Of a DNA stretch of 64,000 bases, positions 1-13,108 are shown piece by piece. This DNA comes from an uncultured Gemmatimonadales bacterium (GTDB lineage Bacteria; Gemmatimonadota; Gemmatimonadetes; Gemmatimonadales; GWC2-71-9). Below the pieces are notes generated by a model. The model ran no database searches. It saw nothing but the letters and a program-made list of their open reading frames with translations, and had not been told where the DNA came from. The translations under genes were made by a program, and so were the position numbers. Location: assembly GCA_963761885.1 (NCBI GenBank), contig CAVXIN010000005.1, positions 55,734 to 119,733 of the forward strand, read 5' to 3'. Numbering within the stretch: position 1 is the first letter of the stretch; each line of letters begins with the position of its first letter.

Positions 1-1
1 T

Positions 2-523
2 CCCGGGCTGGCCCTGCGACGCGAGCGCGCCGCCAACCTGGCCGGGGCGCAGCTCCTGGGCTACTCGGCGGACTGGGCGGGCGCGCTGGGGCAGGTGCGC
101 GGCGCCGGCATCGTGGTCGTGCTCGACGCCGACCTCACGCCGGACGACGAGACCGCGCTGGCGGCGGCCCAGGGTCTGGTGGTGGTGATGTCCACCGTGG
201 ACCCCGAGCTCCGGAACGCCGAGCTCATCCTGCCGCTCACCAACATGGCCGAAGAGAACGGCTCCTACGTCAACCGCGACCGGCGGCTGCAGCGATATCA
301 GCAGGCCAAGGCACAGCCGGGCATGGCCCGCCCGGCGTGGTGGATCGCGGGCGAGGTGCTGTCCGGGCCGGGACCCGATGCCGCCGCGCCGGGGACGGCC
401 GCCGAAGCCTTCGCCCTGCTGGGTGAGCGCTGGCCGGTGTTTGCCGGCGTGACGCACGACGATCTGGGGTACACCGGCCGGGTGCTCGCCGACGCACCGG
501 CCGCCGCGGGAGCCGCGCGATGA
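2..523 (+). CDS. nuoG: NADH-quinone oxidoreductase subunit G, C-terminal part (5' end outside window)
   Basis: Open frame from the window edge. The peptide ..GAGIVVVLDADLTPDD..LILPLTNMAEENGSYVNRDRRLQRYQQA.. resembles the C-terminal molybdopterin-oxidoreductase-like part of NuoG. The stop overlaps the nuoH start (ATGA 520-523). Confidence 0.7.
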   Translation, partial: PGLALRRERAANLAGAQLLGYSADWAGALGQVRGAGIVVVLDADLTPDDETALAAAQGLVVVMSTVDPELRNAELILPLTNMAEENGSYVNRDRRLQRYQQAKAQPGMARPAWWIAGEVLSGPGPDAAAPGTAAEAFALLGERWPVFAGVTHDDLGYTGRVLADAPAAAGAAR

Positions 524-1767
524 CGCCGGAGATCAAGGGGTATCTGGTCCTCAGCGCGATCAAGATGCTGATCGTGTTCACCATCATCATGATCGGCGTC
601 GCGCTGCTCACGCTGATGGAGCGGAAGGTCAGCGCCTGGATGCAGAACCGGCACGGACCCAACCGGGTGGGCTGGGCCGGGCTTGCTGCAGCCCGCGGCC
701 GACGGGGTGAAGAACATCCTGAAGGAAGAGACCCTGCCCGCGATGGCCAATCCCTGGCTGTTCACGATCGCGCCGGCCCTCTCCTTCATCCCCGCGCTCC
801 TCCTGTCGGCGGTCATCCCCTTCGCCGCGCCGCTGCCGGTCGACTTCGACGTCACCCTCGGCCCGCTCGGGCGGTTCGTGCACCACGGGCCGATGCCGAT
901 GGTCGTGGCCGACCTGCCCGGTGGGGTTCCTGTTCGTGATCGCGGTGAGCTCGCTCGGTGTCTACGGGATCACGCTGGCGGGGTGGTCGTCCAACAGCAA
1001 GTACGCCCTGCTCGGCGGACTGCGCGCCAGGGCGCAGATGATCTCCTACGAAGTGGCGATGGGGCTGAGCCTCATTCCGGTGCTGCTCATGTCCGGCGAC
1101 GTCTCCTTCTCGACCATCGTGGCCAAGCAGCAGGCGGGTCTCTGGTACGTGATGCCCCTGTTCATCTCGTTCTTCATCTTCACCGTCGCCGGTTTCGCCG
1201 AGACCAACCGGCTGCCGTTCGACCTGCCGGAAGCCGAGTCCGAGCTCATCACCGGCTATCACACCGAATACAGCGCGATGAAGTTCTCCTTCTTCTTCAT
1301 CGCGGAGTATGCCAACGTCGTGACGGTCTGCGCGATGATCACCACGCTCTTCTTCGGCGGCTGGGACATCCCGTTCACCGACTGGGACCAGTCGGGCGGC
1401 ATCCTGCCGACCCTGCTGACGTGGCTGGTCTTCTTCCTCAAGGTCCTGTTCTGGGTCTTCTTCGTGATGTGGATCCGCTGGACGCTGCCGCGGTTCCGCT
1501 ACGACCAGCTGATGGCGCTGGGGTGGAAGGTGATGATGCCGCTGGCGCTGGTCTACATCATGGTGATCTGCGGCGCGATCTATCTGGTGGAGCACGTGTT
1601 CGGGATCACCGGCCCGGTGCTGGGCCCGCTGGTGCTGTTCGGGCTCAACGTCGGGATCGCGCGTCCTGCTCTTCGGGGTGCTCGACAGCGGAGTGTTCAT
1701 CCGGGGCTCCGGCGCCCGGCAGAAGGTTCACACGGCGCGCGGCGAACGAGCCGCAGTGGCGGGCTGA
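520..1767 (+). pseudogene. nuoH: NADH-quinone oxidoreductase subunit H, frame-disrupted as assembled (3 breaks)
   Basis: MTPEIKGYLVLSAIKMLIVF..MERKVSAWMQNRHGPNRVGWAGL continues as [18 protein letters not shown] in the next frame (~684). It then reads [38 protein letters not shown] after ~920. The last ~35 codons lie in a further frame after ~1661, ending at TGA 1765-1767, which overlaps the nuoI ATG. Confidence 0.9.
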
Positions 1768-2292
1768 TGGCCATCGGCGTGAAAGTCATGAAGCGCCCCG
1801 ACAAGCAGGTGAGCTACGTCCGGGCCACCCTCAAGGGCATGGCGCTCACCTTCAAGCACATGCTGGAGAAGAAGGTGACGATGCAGTACCCGGAGCAGAA
1901 GAGCACCGACCAGGATCACGGCATGGGCACCTACACGCTGTCGCCGCGCTGGCGCGGCACCCACCGGATGCTCACCGACGAGCAGGGGCGCTCGAAGTGC
2001 GTGGCGTGCGGCCTCTGTCCCCAGATCTGTCCCGCCAACTGCATCAAGCTGGTGCCGGGCGAGGACGAGGAGGGGAACCGCTATCCGCTCATCTACGAGA
2101 TCGACGAGTTCCGCTGCATCTTCTGCGGCTACTGCCAGGAGGTCTGCCCCGAGGAGGCCATCCACGTCGGCGTGCACTTCGAGAACTCGGAGTACAGCCG
2201 TGGGCCGCTTCGTCTACGATCTGGAGCGGCTCTCCTCGCAGACGCACGCCGTGTCGACGCTGTGGGACCCCTCGGACCCCGAGGGCGAGTAG
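1767..2292 (+). pseudogene. nuoI: NADH-quinone oxidoreductase subunit I (2x[4Fe-4S]), one frame break near the 3' end
   Basis: [18 protein letters not shown].. with ferredoxin motifs [12 protein letters not shown] and [12 protein letters not shown]. The C-terminal [28 protein letters not shown] is read in the next frame after ~2205. Stop is TAG 2290-2292. Confidence 0.9.
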
Positions 2293-2852
2293 ATGACCCA
2301 GGTCGTCTTCTACATCTTCGCCGCGATCGCCGTGCTGAGCGCCGCCCTGTGCATCCTGTCCCGGAGCGCCATCGCCGCGGTCCTCTGGCTCACCGCGACG
2401 ATGCTCTCGCTGGCGGCGATCTACGTCCTCCTCAGCGCCGAGTTCGTCGCCGCCATCCAGGTGCTGGTGTACGCCGGCGCGGTCATGGTGCTCTTCCTCT
2501 TCGTCATCATGCTGCTGAACCTCGGCCATCCCACGACCGACATGCGCGGACCCGCGGCGGTGGCCACGACCATCGTGATCGGCGGCCTGCTGGCGATCCA
2601 GCTCTTCGCGCTGTGGCGCTACACCCCGGCCCGGCTCGCGGCCGAGGTGGCGCAGGCTCCGCAGCTGAGCGACCCGGCAACCGTGTTCGCCGCCGGCCAG
2701 CTCGCGCGGGAAGAGGCCGTGACCAGAGGTGTGGTCGGGCGCGGTCGCCGCGCCGCTCTTCCAGACCTACCTGGTACCCTTCGAGATCACCTCGCATCCT
2801 GCTCCTCGCGGCCATCGTCGGCGCGGTCGTGCTGGCCAAGCGGAAGATCTGA
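2293..2852 (+). pseudogene. nuoJ: NADH-quinone oxidoreductase subunit J, frame-disrupted (2 breaks)
   Basis: [44 protein letters not shown]. The tail [21 protein letters not shown] and then [18 protein letters not shown] lie in two successive frames (breaks at ~2700-2730 and ~2795). Confidence 0.85.
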
Positions 2853-3162
2853 TGCCCGAAGGCCCCGTGCTGCTGGGCCCGGCGCTCGGCCTCTCGGCGA
2901 TCCTCTTCAGCCTCGGGGTCGCGGGGGTCCTGCTGCGCCGCAACGCGATCGTGCTGTTCGTCTGCATCGAGCTGATGCTGAACGCGGTGAACCTGACCTT
3001 CGTGGCCCTGGCCCAGCTCCACGGCGCCGGCGGGCAGGTCATGGTCTTCTTCGTGATGACGGTCGCCGCCGCCGAGGCCGCGGTCGGGCTCGCCATCATC
3101 CTCGCCATCTTCCGGCACAAGCAGTCGGTGGACCTCCAGAACATCAACCTGCTGCGGGGCTG

Positions 3163-3163
<1 letters not shown>
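2852..3163 (+). CDS. nuoK: NADH-quinone oxidoreductase subunit K
   Basis: Intact 103-codon [55 protein letters not shown]... The ATG overlaps the nuoJ stop, and the stop overlaps the nuoL ATG. Confidence 0.9.
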
Positions 3164-5160
<1,997 letters not shown>

Positions 5161-5165
5161 GCGCG

Positions 5166-6746
5166 ATGACCGAGTTCCTCGACTCCATCGGCTATCGGGC
5201 ACTGGATCCTCCACGTCCTGCTCGTCCTCCTGCCGCTCGTCGGCGTCGTGCCGGTCCTGCTGGGCACCGAGCGCGGCGCCAAGCGGACCGCGCTGGTCGT
5301 CACCACGCTCGAGTTCGTGCTGTCGCTCGGGCTCTGGTGGGCGCTCGACCCGACCCGCGGCACCGCTGCAGCTGGTCTCCGACACGCCCTGGATCCCCGG
5401 CTGGGGCATCAGCTACCGGTCGGCATCGACGGCATCTCGCTCTTCATGGTGCTGCTCACGACCGCGCTCATGCCGCTCAGCGTGCTCGGCAGCTGGCGCT
5501 ACATCACCAAGCAGGAGCGCGGCTTCTACGCGCTGCTGCTGCCCTGCTGACCGGGCTGGTCGGCGTCTTCCTCGCGCTCGACCTCTTCGTCTTCTACGTC
5601 TTCTTCGAAGTGATGCTGATCCCGATGTACTTCATCATCGGGATCTGGGGCGGGGCCAACCGGCTCTACGCCGCGATCAAGTTCTTCATCTACACCATGG
5701 CGGGCTCGCTGCTGATGCTGGTGGCGATCGTGGCGCTGGTCTGGCGGATCGAGCGCGTCACCGGGCCAGCTCTCCTTCGCCTACGAGCACCTGCTGGAGC
5801 ACGCCGGCGCCGTCGGGCCGCTGGCGCCGTGGCTCTTCGCCGCCTTCGCGCTCGCCTTCGCGATCAAGGTGCCGATCTTCCCGTTCCACACCTGGCTGCC
5901 CGACGCCCACGTCGAGGCGCCGACCGCGGGCAGCGTGCTGCTGGCCGGCGTGCATGCTCAAGATGGGGACCTACGGCTTCCTCCGGTTCGCGGTCCCGTT
6001 CTTCCCCGAGGTCGCGCTGAGCCCGACGGTCAGCCGCATCGTGGTGGTCCTCGCGGTGATCGGCATCGTCTACGGCGCGCTGGTCGCCATGGTGCAGCCC
6101 GACATCAAGAAGCTGGTGGCCTACTCGTCGGTGAGCCACCTCGGCTTCGTGATGCTGGGCATCTGGGCCGGCACGCGTGCAGAGCGTGCAGGGCGCGCTC
6201 ATGGTGATGATCAGCCACGGGATCTCGACCGGCGCGCTGTTCTTCCTCGATCGGCATGATCTACGAGCGGCGGCACACCCGGCTCGATCGCCGACTTCGG
6301 CGGCATCGCCCGGGTGGTGCCGGTGTTCAGCCTCGGTCTTCACGGTGGTGGCGCTGTCCTCCATCGGCCTGCCCGGCCTCAACGGGTTCGTGGGCGAGTT
6401 CCTGGTGCTGCTCGGCAGCTTCGGCGCCTATCCCGCTGGCCACCGTGCATCGCCACGACCGGCGTCATCTTCGCCGCGGCCTACCTGCTCTGGGCGCTGC
6501 AGCGGATCATCTTCAACCGGCTCGACAACCCGGAGAACGAGACGCTGACGGATCTGACCGCGCGCGAGCTGGCGGTGCATGGTCCCGCTGCTCGTCGGCA
6601 TCGTCTGGCTGGGGCTCTATCCCGGGCCGGTGCTGCAGCCGGATGGAGCCGGCGGCCAGGCGCTACATCGAGCTGACCGCAGCCCGGACGCGATCCGCGT
6701 CGCCGGTCGGCCGTCTCGGGATCGGTCGGGAGGTGCGCGCCGATGA
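5166..6746 (+). pseudogene. nuoM: NADH-quinone oxidoreductase subunit M, heavily frame-disrupted; 3' end approximate
   Basis: [10 protein letters not shown], then [15 protein letters not shown].., [108 protein letters not shown] and [18 protein letters not shown]. These are found by hopping between all three frames (I traced about 12 breaks). A possible stop TGA 6744-6746 overlaps the nuoN ATG. Confidence 0.85.
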
Positions 6747-8278
6747 ACCACTCGATCTCGGCACGCCGTTCGGCGTCACGCTCGCGCTGCTGCCGGAGCT
6801 GCTGCTCTGCCGGCTGGTCGCTGATCGTCCTGCTGGTGGTGAGCTGGCGGCACGAGACCGCCGCGGACAGCCGGCTCGCCGGGGTGGCTCAGCCTCGCGG
6901 GTCTGGTCGTCAGCGGCCGCGCGGCGCTGGCTGGCTCTGGATGGGCGGCGCCCGCCCGGAGGGCTGCCCTCAGATGATCGCGCTCGACGGCGTTCCGCTT
7001 CGCGCGCGCTGGCGCTGATCCTGCTCGCCGCCGGCGGCACGATCCTGCTCTCGCTCGGCTACCTGGAGCGGGAGCGGCTGCTCTGCGCCCGAGTACTACC
7101 CGCTGGTGCTCTTCGCCGACGGCGGGCATGATGTTCCTGGCCGGCGCCGAGGACCTGATCGTGCTCTTCCTCGGCCTCGAGGTCATGTCGGTCGCGGTGT
7201 ACGTGCTGGCCGGGTTCAACCGGCCGAGCCCGTCGTCCGTCCGAGGCGGCGCTCAAGTACTTCCTCATCGGCGCGTTCGCCTCCGGCGTTCCTGCTCTAC
7301 GGCATCGCGCTGGTGTACGGCGCCACCGGCACCACCAACCTGTCGCTCATCGGCGCGCAGCTCGCCGGGCGGCCGCTGCCGCTCATGGCGGCGCTGGGCC
7401 TGGGCCTGCTGCTGATCGGCATCGCCTTCAAGGTCGCCGCCGTGCCGTTCCACATGTGGGCGCCCGACGTGTACGACGGCTCGCCCACGCCGGTCACCGG
7501 GTTCATGGCCACCGGCGTCAAGGCGGCGGCGTTCGCGGCGCTGGTTCGCGTGCTGCTGGTGGCGTTCCCGTCGGCGCACCGAGGTCTGGCAGCCGGTCAT
7601 CGCCGGGCTGGCCATGGCCTCGATGGTGGTGGGCAACCTGGTGGCGCTCGCCCAGCGCTCGCTCAAGCGGATGCTGGCGTACAGCTCGATCGCCCACGCC
7701 GGGTACCTGCTGGTCGCGGTCTGGACCGGGACCCAGGCGGGCGCGGGGGCGGTGCTGCCTGTACCTGCTGGCCTACGCGCTCACCACGCTCGCGAGCTTC
7801 GGGTTCCTGACCGTGCTGGGCCGGGGCGGGGAGCGGGACGTGACCTACGACGCCATCGCGGGGCTCGCCGCCACGCGCCCTGGCATCGCGCTCGGCGCTC
7901 AGCGGTCTGCATGCTGTCGCTGCTGGGCTTCCCCGGCACGTTCGGCTTCATCGGCAAGTGGTACATCCTGACGGCGATGGTCGCCGAGGACCAGATGCTC
8001 CTGCCGGTGATCATCGTGCTCACCAGCGTGCGTCTCGGCAGGCTACTATCTGCCGGTGATCATGGCCATGTACATGCGGTCCGCGCCGAGCGGTGAGCGC
8101 GACGCCGTCGATCGGACTGAGCCCCACGGCCGCCGCCGCGATCGGCCTCTCCGTCGTGGTCGTGCTGCTGCTCGGCGTCTGGCCCCGGAGCGTCGCTCGA
8201 GATCGCCGGGGCGAGCGCTCGGTCCCTGACCCAGACCGCGCTGCCAGCGAGCCGGTGGCCGGCCGCGGAACCCCATGA
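6743..8278 (+). pseudogene. nuoN: NADH-quinone oxidoreductase subunit N, heavily frame-disrupted; ends approximate
   Basis: ATG 6743 is preceded by GGGAGG. Fragments are [133 protein letters not shown] and [10 protein letters not shown], in alternating frames (about 12 breaks). The candidate stop TGA 8276-8278 overlaps the next ATG. Confidence 0.85.
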
Positions 8279-9647
8279 ACGTCCCCAAGTCCATCTTCCG
8301 GCAGTACGACGTCCGAGGCCTGGTGGACAGCCAGCTCACGCCCGAGTTCGCCCGCGCGCTGGGTCGGGCCTTCGCCACGGTCGCGTGGGACCGGATCGGA
8401 CGCGCACCCACGATCGCGGTGGGACGCGACAACCGCCCCTCCGGCCCCGCGCTGTCGCAAGGCGTGCGGCAGGGGATCTCGGATGCCGGCGGCACCGCCG
8501 TGGACGTCGGCACGCTGCCCACGCCGGCGCTCTACTTCGCCGTCTCGGCGCTGAAGACCGACGGCGGCGTGCAGGTGACCGGCTCGCACAATCCACCCGA
8601 GTTCAACGGGTTCAAGATGGTGCTCGCGGGCGAGGCCTTTCACGGCGAGGACATCCTCGGCCTCTGGGAGATCATCACGGCCGAGCGCTGGCGGAGCGCC
8701 CGCGGCGGCGAGGCGACCGACAGCTCGGTGCTGCAGCGCTACCGCGAGGCGATCGTCGCCCGGCACAAGCTCGAGCGCCGGGTCAAGGTCGTCGCCGACT
8801 GCGGCAACGGCGTGGGCGAGCGTGATCGCCGTGTCCACGCTCGAGGCTCTGGGCGCCGAGGTGACGCCGCTCTTCTGCGATTCGGACGGCACCTTCCCCA
8901 ATCACCATCCCGACCCGACGGTGCCCGAGAACCTCGTGGATCTCCAGGCCGCGGTCCGCCGGACCGGCGCCGAGCTGGGCATCGCGTTCGACGGCGACGC
9001 CGACCGGATCGGCGCCGTGGACGAGTCCGGCGAGATCATCTGGGGCGACCAGCTCCTGGTCATCTTCGGCCGCGACGCGGTGAGACGCTTCGGTCCGGGC
9101 ACGCCGATCATCTTCGACGTCAAGTGCTCCGAGGTGCTCCCCACGGCGTTGCGGGAGGCCGGGGCCGAGCCGGTGATGTGGAAGACGGGCCACTCGCTCA
9201 TCAAGTCCAAGATGAAGGAGCTGCACGCGCCGCTCGCGGGCGAGATGAGTGGGCACATGTTCTTCGGCGGCGACTACTTCGGGTTCGACGACGCGATCTT
9301 CGCCGCGGCGCGCCTGCTGGAAATCGTGAGCCGGAAGCCGTTCGGACTCGCCACCCACCTGGCCGACCTTCCCAAGACCTTCGCCACTCCCGAGATGCGG
9401 GTGGACGCGCCGGAGGAGGAGAAGTTCGCGATCGTCGAGCGCGCGGCGAAGCACTTCGCGGCCCTGCTATCCCGTCAACACCATCGACGGGATTCGCATC
9501 ACCTTCCCCAAGGGTTGGGGCCTGGTCCGGGCCTCCAACACCCAGGCGATTCTGGTTCTCCGGTTCGAGGCGACCGATCCGGCCGCGTTGGACGCCTACC
9601 GCGGCGAGGTCGTCGGGTGGCTCGCCGGGCAGGGCGTTCGCGCGTAA
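8275..9647 (+). pseudogene. phosphomannomutase/phosphoglucomutase (alpha-D-phosphohexomutase), 2 frame breaks
   Basis: MNVPKSIFRQYDVRG. Phosphoserine loop TGSHNPPEFNGFK, metal loop FDGDADR, sugar loop GEMSGH. Read across three frames (breaks at ~8815 in a G run and ~9465). Stop is TAA 9645-9647. Confidence 0.85.
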
Positions 9648-9651
9648 CGCC

Positions 9652-12108
9652 GTGAATCGCCGCGGCCGACGGCTGATCGCCGCGATCGCCGGAGTCGTCG
9701 GCCTGCTCTTCCTTGGGCGATGGGTGGCCGGACTCCTGGCCGATCGATGGTGGGCCGACCAGGTCTCGCCGTCCGCCGTCGCATTCCTCACCGACTGGCA
9801 CATCCTTCGACTGACGCTGGATCTCGCCGGCTTCGTCCTCGCGTCCGCCTGGTTCATCGGCCACCTGCTCATCGTCTATCGCGCCGTGGGGTCGGTCCAG
9901 GTGCGCCGCCACGTCGCCAATCTCGAGTTTCGCGAGGCACTGACCCCCGGCGTCCTTCTGGCGATCGCCGTCGGGACCGGTGCCTTGCTGGGCCTCCTGG
10001 TCGGCACCGGCGGTGCCGAGCGCTGGCAACAGGTCGCGCTGGCCTGGCAAGGCGTCAGCTACGGACTGGTCGATCCTCTGCTGCAGAACGACGCGGGGCT
10101 GTACGTGGCCCAGCTGCCCGCGTGGCGGCTGGCCCACGGCTTCGCGTTGCTCCTGGTCATCCTCGGGCTCGGCGTCGTGTTCGGCCTCTACGTCCTCGTG
10201 GGCGCCGTCCGCTGGCTCGAAGGCCGTCCCGCCATCAACGACCACGCGCGGTCGCACCTCGGCTGGCTCTTGACCGGGCTCGCGCTCTGCCTGGTATGGG
10301 GCTACACCCTCGAGCCGTACGAGCTGGTGGCGGGTCTGGGGCGGCCGCTGGACCTCGCGGCCTGGCGCGCCACTACGCTGGTATCGCCGTTGCTCATCGG
10401 CGTCGGACTCGCGACCGCGGCGCTCAGCGCGACCTGGGCCATCCGCCCACGGCATGCGCTGGCGGCCGCGGGGTGGATCGTGCTGTCCTTCGCCTCGCTG
10501 GTCGGGCATTGGATGGTACCTCCCGCGATGGACGGCGATGGGGAGCCGGCCGCACCCACGGTGATCACGGAACGGCTCAACCGGGCGGCGTATCGCCTCG
10601 AGGCCTTCTCCGAGGAGCGACAGCCGCCACGCAGTCCCCCCGCACCGCCTCCGGTGCCGGCCCTCTGGAGCGTCGACGCGGTCCGCAGAATCGCGGCCGC
10701 CGATTCGGCCGAGATGCTTTCGGTGGATCCGTCCGTGCTGATGATGGTGCAGGGACGCCCCGGCCCGTGTGGCTGGCGGTGCGCGGGTCGGCCCCAGGGC
10801 CGTGCCACGGTGGCGGCGATCGCGGACGATCGCGTCGGGTCGCGGGGCCAGCCCCTCTTCTATTCGCCGAGCGACACGATTCCGGAGCCCGACGGGGCGT
10901 CCTACCTCGAGCTCGGAGCAGAGAGCTACCGGCCTGATGCGGCGGCCTACCGGATCGGGACCGCCGACCGCCGAGGCATCCAGGTCGGCGGGTGGCCTCG
11001 GCGACTGTTGCTGGCCTGGGCACTACAGGCGGGCGGGCTGCTTCGTCACGTGCCGCCCCAGGCCAAGGTGGACTGGCGGCTCTCGCCTGCGGAACGCCTC
11101 GCGGCGCTCGCCCCGTTCGCGCGCTGGGGGCAGCCGGCGCCGCGGCTGGTGAACCGTGGGCTGGTGTGGGTATTGGACGGGTACCTGGCCCCGCGCACGT
11201 TTCCCCTCAGTACCAGGCTCTCGTGGCGCGGCCGGGACGTCGGCGCACTGCAGGCCGGGTTCCTCGGCACGGTGGATGCCTCGACCGGCGCCACGCGGGT
11301 CTACCTTCGCCCCGGTGCGGACGGACTCGCCGCAGCGTGGGCCGCCGTGGCCAGCGGCTTGGTGGAGCCCGCATCGGCAATTCCGGAGGCCGTGCAGAGC
11401 GCGGCACCGTATCCGGTCGAGTTGTTCCAGGCCCAGGCGAGCTACCTCGAGCAATGGCTCCCGGATATCGGCAGCCTGGGCGGCCCACCCGGCTCGCGCG
11501 GTGGCGAGGTACCGGCCACGGACTTCGCCTGGACCGCCGACACCGCGGGGCCGATGCGCGTCGCCGTGTACGAGCGCGCCAACGAGCGGGTGCTGGGCGG
11601 GGTCCTGACGGGGGTCCGCTCCGGCTCGGGCGAGGAGCTGCGACTCACCCGCTTCGATTCGGCCGGTGCGCTGCCGACGCGCGCGGCGCTGGAGGGTCGC
11701 TGGGGCCGATTCCCCACCTACGACGCCTTGCGTGACTCCATCGGCGATGACGGGGGCAAGCTCGAGCAGGGGCCGGTGCGCATCGATCTCGGGAACGGCG
11801 GTGCGGTTGCCTATCAGTCGCACTTCGCGGTCCATCCCCGCCGCGGGGTCATCCTCTCCTGGGTGAGCGTCGCCGCTCGCGGGGATCTGGGCGCGGGCCG
11901 CACGCTGCCGGAAGCGTGGAACAACCTGCTGGGCGAGTCGGTGCCGTCCGTCGCGGGGACCGCGCAGGCCACGCGACTCGAAGAAGCACGACGCTGGCTC
12001 GAGCGCGCCGATTCCGCCCTCCGTGACGGCGACTGGACCGTCTTCGGCCAGGCGTGGCGCGGGCTGCGCGATGCACTCGGCCTCCCCGCGGACACGGCGG
12101 GCCGATGA
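9652..12108 (+). CDS. large polytopic membrane protein, UPF0182-like (family call from memory)
   Basis: 818-codon uninterrupted ORF starting at GTG 9652. The N-terminal half has about 7 hydrophobic helices and the C-terminal half is large and soluble, ending ..EARRWLERADSALRDGDWTVFGQAWRGL. The architecture recalls UPF0182 proteins. Confidence 0.5.
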   Translation: MNRRGRRLIAAIAGVVGLLFLGRWVAGLLADRWWADQVSPSAVAFLTDWHILRLTLDLAGFVLASAWFIGHLLIVYRAVGSVQVRRHVANLEFREALTPGVLLAIAVGTGALLGLLVGTGGAERWQQVALAWQGVSYGLVDPLLQNDAGLYVAQLPAWRLAHGFALLLVILGLGVVFGLYVLVGAVRWLEGRPAINDHARSHLGWLLTGLALCLVWGYTLEPYELVAGLGRPLDLAAWRATTLVSPLLIGVGLATAALSATWAIRPRHALAAAGWIVLSFASLVGHWMVPPAMDGDGEPAAPTVITERLNRAAYRLEAFSEERQPPRSPPAPPPVPALWSVDAVRRIAAADSAEMLSVDPSVLMMVQGRPGPCGWRCAGRPQGRATVAAIADDRVGSRGQPLFYSPSDTIPEPDGASYLELGAESYRPDAAAYRIGTADRRGIQVGGWPRRLLLAWALQAGGLLRHVPPQAKVDWRLSPAERLAALAPFARWGQPAPRLVNRGLVWVLDGYLAPRTFPLSTRLSWRGRDVGALQAGFLGTVDASTGATRVYLRPGADGLAAAWAAVASGLVEPASAIPEAVQSAAPYPVELFQAQASYLEQWLPDIGSLGGPPGSRGGEVPATDFAWTADTAGPMRVAVYERANERVLGGVLTGVRSGSGEELRLTRFDSAGALPTRAALEGRWGRFPTYDALRDSIGDDGGKLEQGPVRIDLGNGGAVAYQSHFAVHPRRGVILSWVSVAARGDLGAGRTLPEAWNNLLGESVPSVAGTAQATRLEEARRWLERADSALRDGDWTVFGQAWRGLRDALGLPADTAGR

Positions 12109-12110
12109 GC

Positions 12111-12139
12111 TTGCTCGCCCCTGGAGCCAGGACTAGCTT
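12111..12139 (+). promoter_or_regulatory. sigma-70-like promoter candidate TTGCTC-N17-TAGCTT upstream of carbamate kinase
   Basis: Hexamers at 12111-12116 and 12134-12139 with 17-nt spacing, 27 nt upstream of GTG 12167. This is the only intergenic gap between the UPF0182-like gene and arcC. Confidence 0.35.
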
Positions 12140-12166
12140 GCAGCGCGTTTTGGGGGGGCGGGTCGC

Positions 12167-13108
12167 GTGAGCACGGCCGTCCTCGCGCTCGGCGGCAACG
12201 CGCTGTCGCGCGCCGACGAACCGGCGACGATCGCGAATCAGTTCCGGCGGGCGCGGGAGAGCATGGCCGCGGTGGTCACGCTCGCGCGGCAGGGATGGCG
12301 GATCGTCATCGTGCACGGGAACGGCCCGCAGGTGGGCGACTCCCTGGTCCGGAACGAAGTCGCCCGCCGCCTGGTCGAGCCCCACCCTCTCGGGATCCTG
12401 GTGGCGGAGACGGCGGGCTGGATCGGATACATGCTCCAGCAGACGCTCCAGAACGCACTCGCCGCGGGTCAGGTTCGCCGGCAGGTGGTCACCGTGGTGA
12501 CGCAGACGCTGGTAGACCAGTTCGATCCCGCCCTCGGCCTGCCCACGAAGCCGATCGGCCAACCGCTGTCCGACGCCGAGGCGGCACGGCTGACGGAGGC
12601 GGGGCGCGCGGTGGCCCGGGACGGCTCCGGTGCGTGGCGGCGGGTGACGACCAGCCCGACGCCGCTCGCCGTGATCGAGTTCCCGGTCGTGCGGAAACTG
12701 CTCGACGCGGACGTCATCGTGATCGCGGCGGGAGGCGGGGGGCCGCCGGTCTACGACGATCCCCTGCTGGGGCTCGAGGGCGTGGATGCGGTGGTGGACA
12801 AGGACAGAGTCGCGGCCGTCTTCGCCAGGCAGCTCGAGGCGGATGTATTGATGATTCTCACCAACGTGGACGCGGTCTACGAGGGTTGGGGCACGCCGGC
12901 GGCCCGGCCGATCCGCCGCATGACCGTGTCCCGCGCGAATGCCATGATCGCGGCCGGCGCCTTCGACGTCGGCGGCATGCGGCCCAAGGTCGAAGCGGCC
13001 GCCGCCTTCGCCCAGGGCGGAGAAGGACGGGCGATCATCGCCCATCTGGCATCAGGACCGGCCGCCCTCGAGGGCGCTTCCGGCACCACGATCGTGAGGG
13101 ATGCGTGA
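12167..13108 (+). CDS. arcC: carbamate kinase
   Basis: 313 aa with LALGGNAL, IVHGNGPQVG, VVDKD and GGMRPKVEAA motifs of the carbamate kinase / amino-acid kinase fold. Confidence 0.85.
   Translation: MSTAVLALGGNALSRADEPATIANQFRRARESMAAVVTLARQGWRIVIVHGNGPQVGDSLVRNEVARRLVEPHPLGILVAETAGWIGYMLQQTLQNALAAGQVRRQVVTVVTQTLVDQFDPALGLPTKPIGQPLSDAEAARLTEAGRAVARDGSGAWRRVTTSPTPLAVIEFPVVRKLLDADVIVIAAGGGGPPVYDDPLLGLEGVDAVVDKDRVAAVFARQLEADVLMILTNVDAVYEGWGTPAARPIRRMTVSRANAMIAAGAFDVGGMRPKVEAAAAFAQGGEGRAIIAHLASGPAALEGASGTTIVRDA

Noticed and set aside
8275-12108. The 1277-codon track ORF looks like one giant protein.
   Set aside because: It is a read-through artefact. Its first ~180 codons are the phosphohexomutase N-terminus. 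The middle is out-of-frame translation of the same gene, whose true continuation is in the other two frames and stops at 9645-9647. Only the part from GTG 9652 onward is the UPF0182-like protein.
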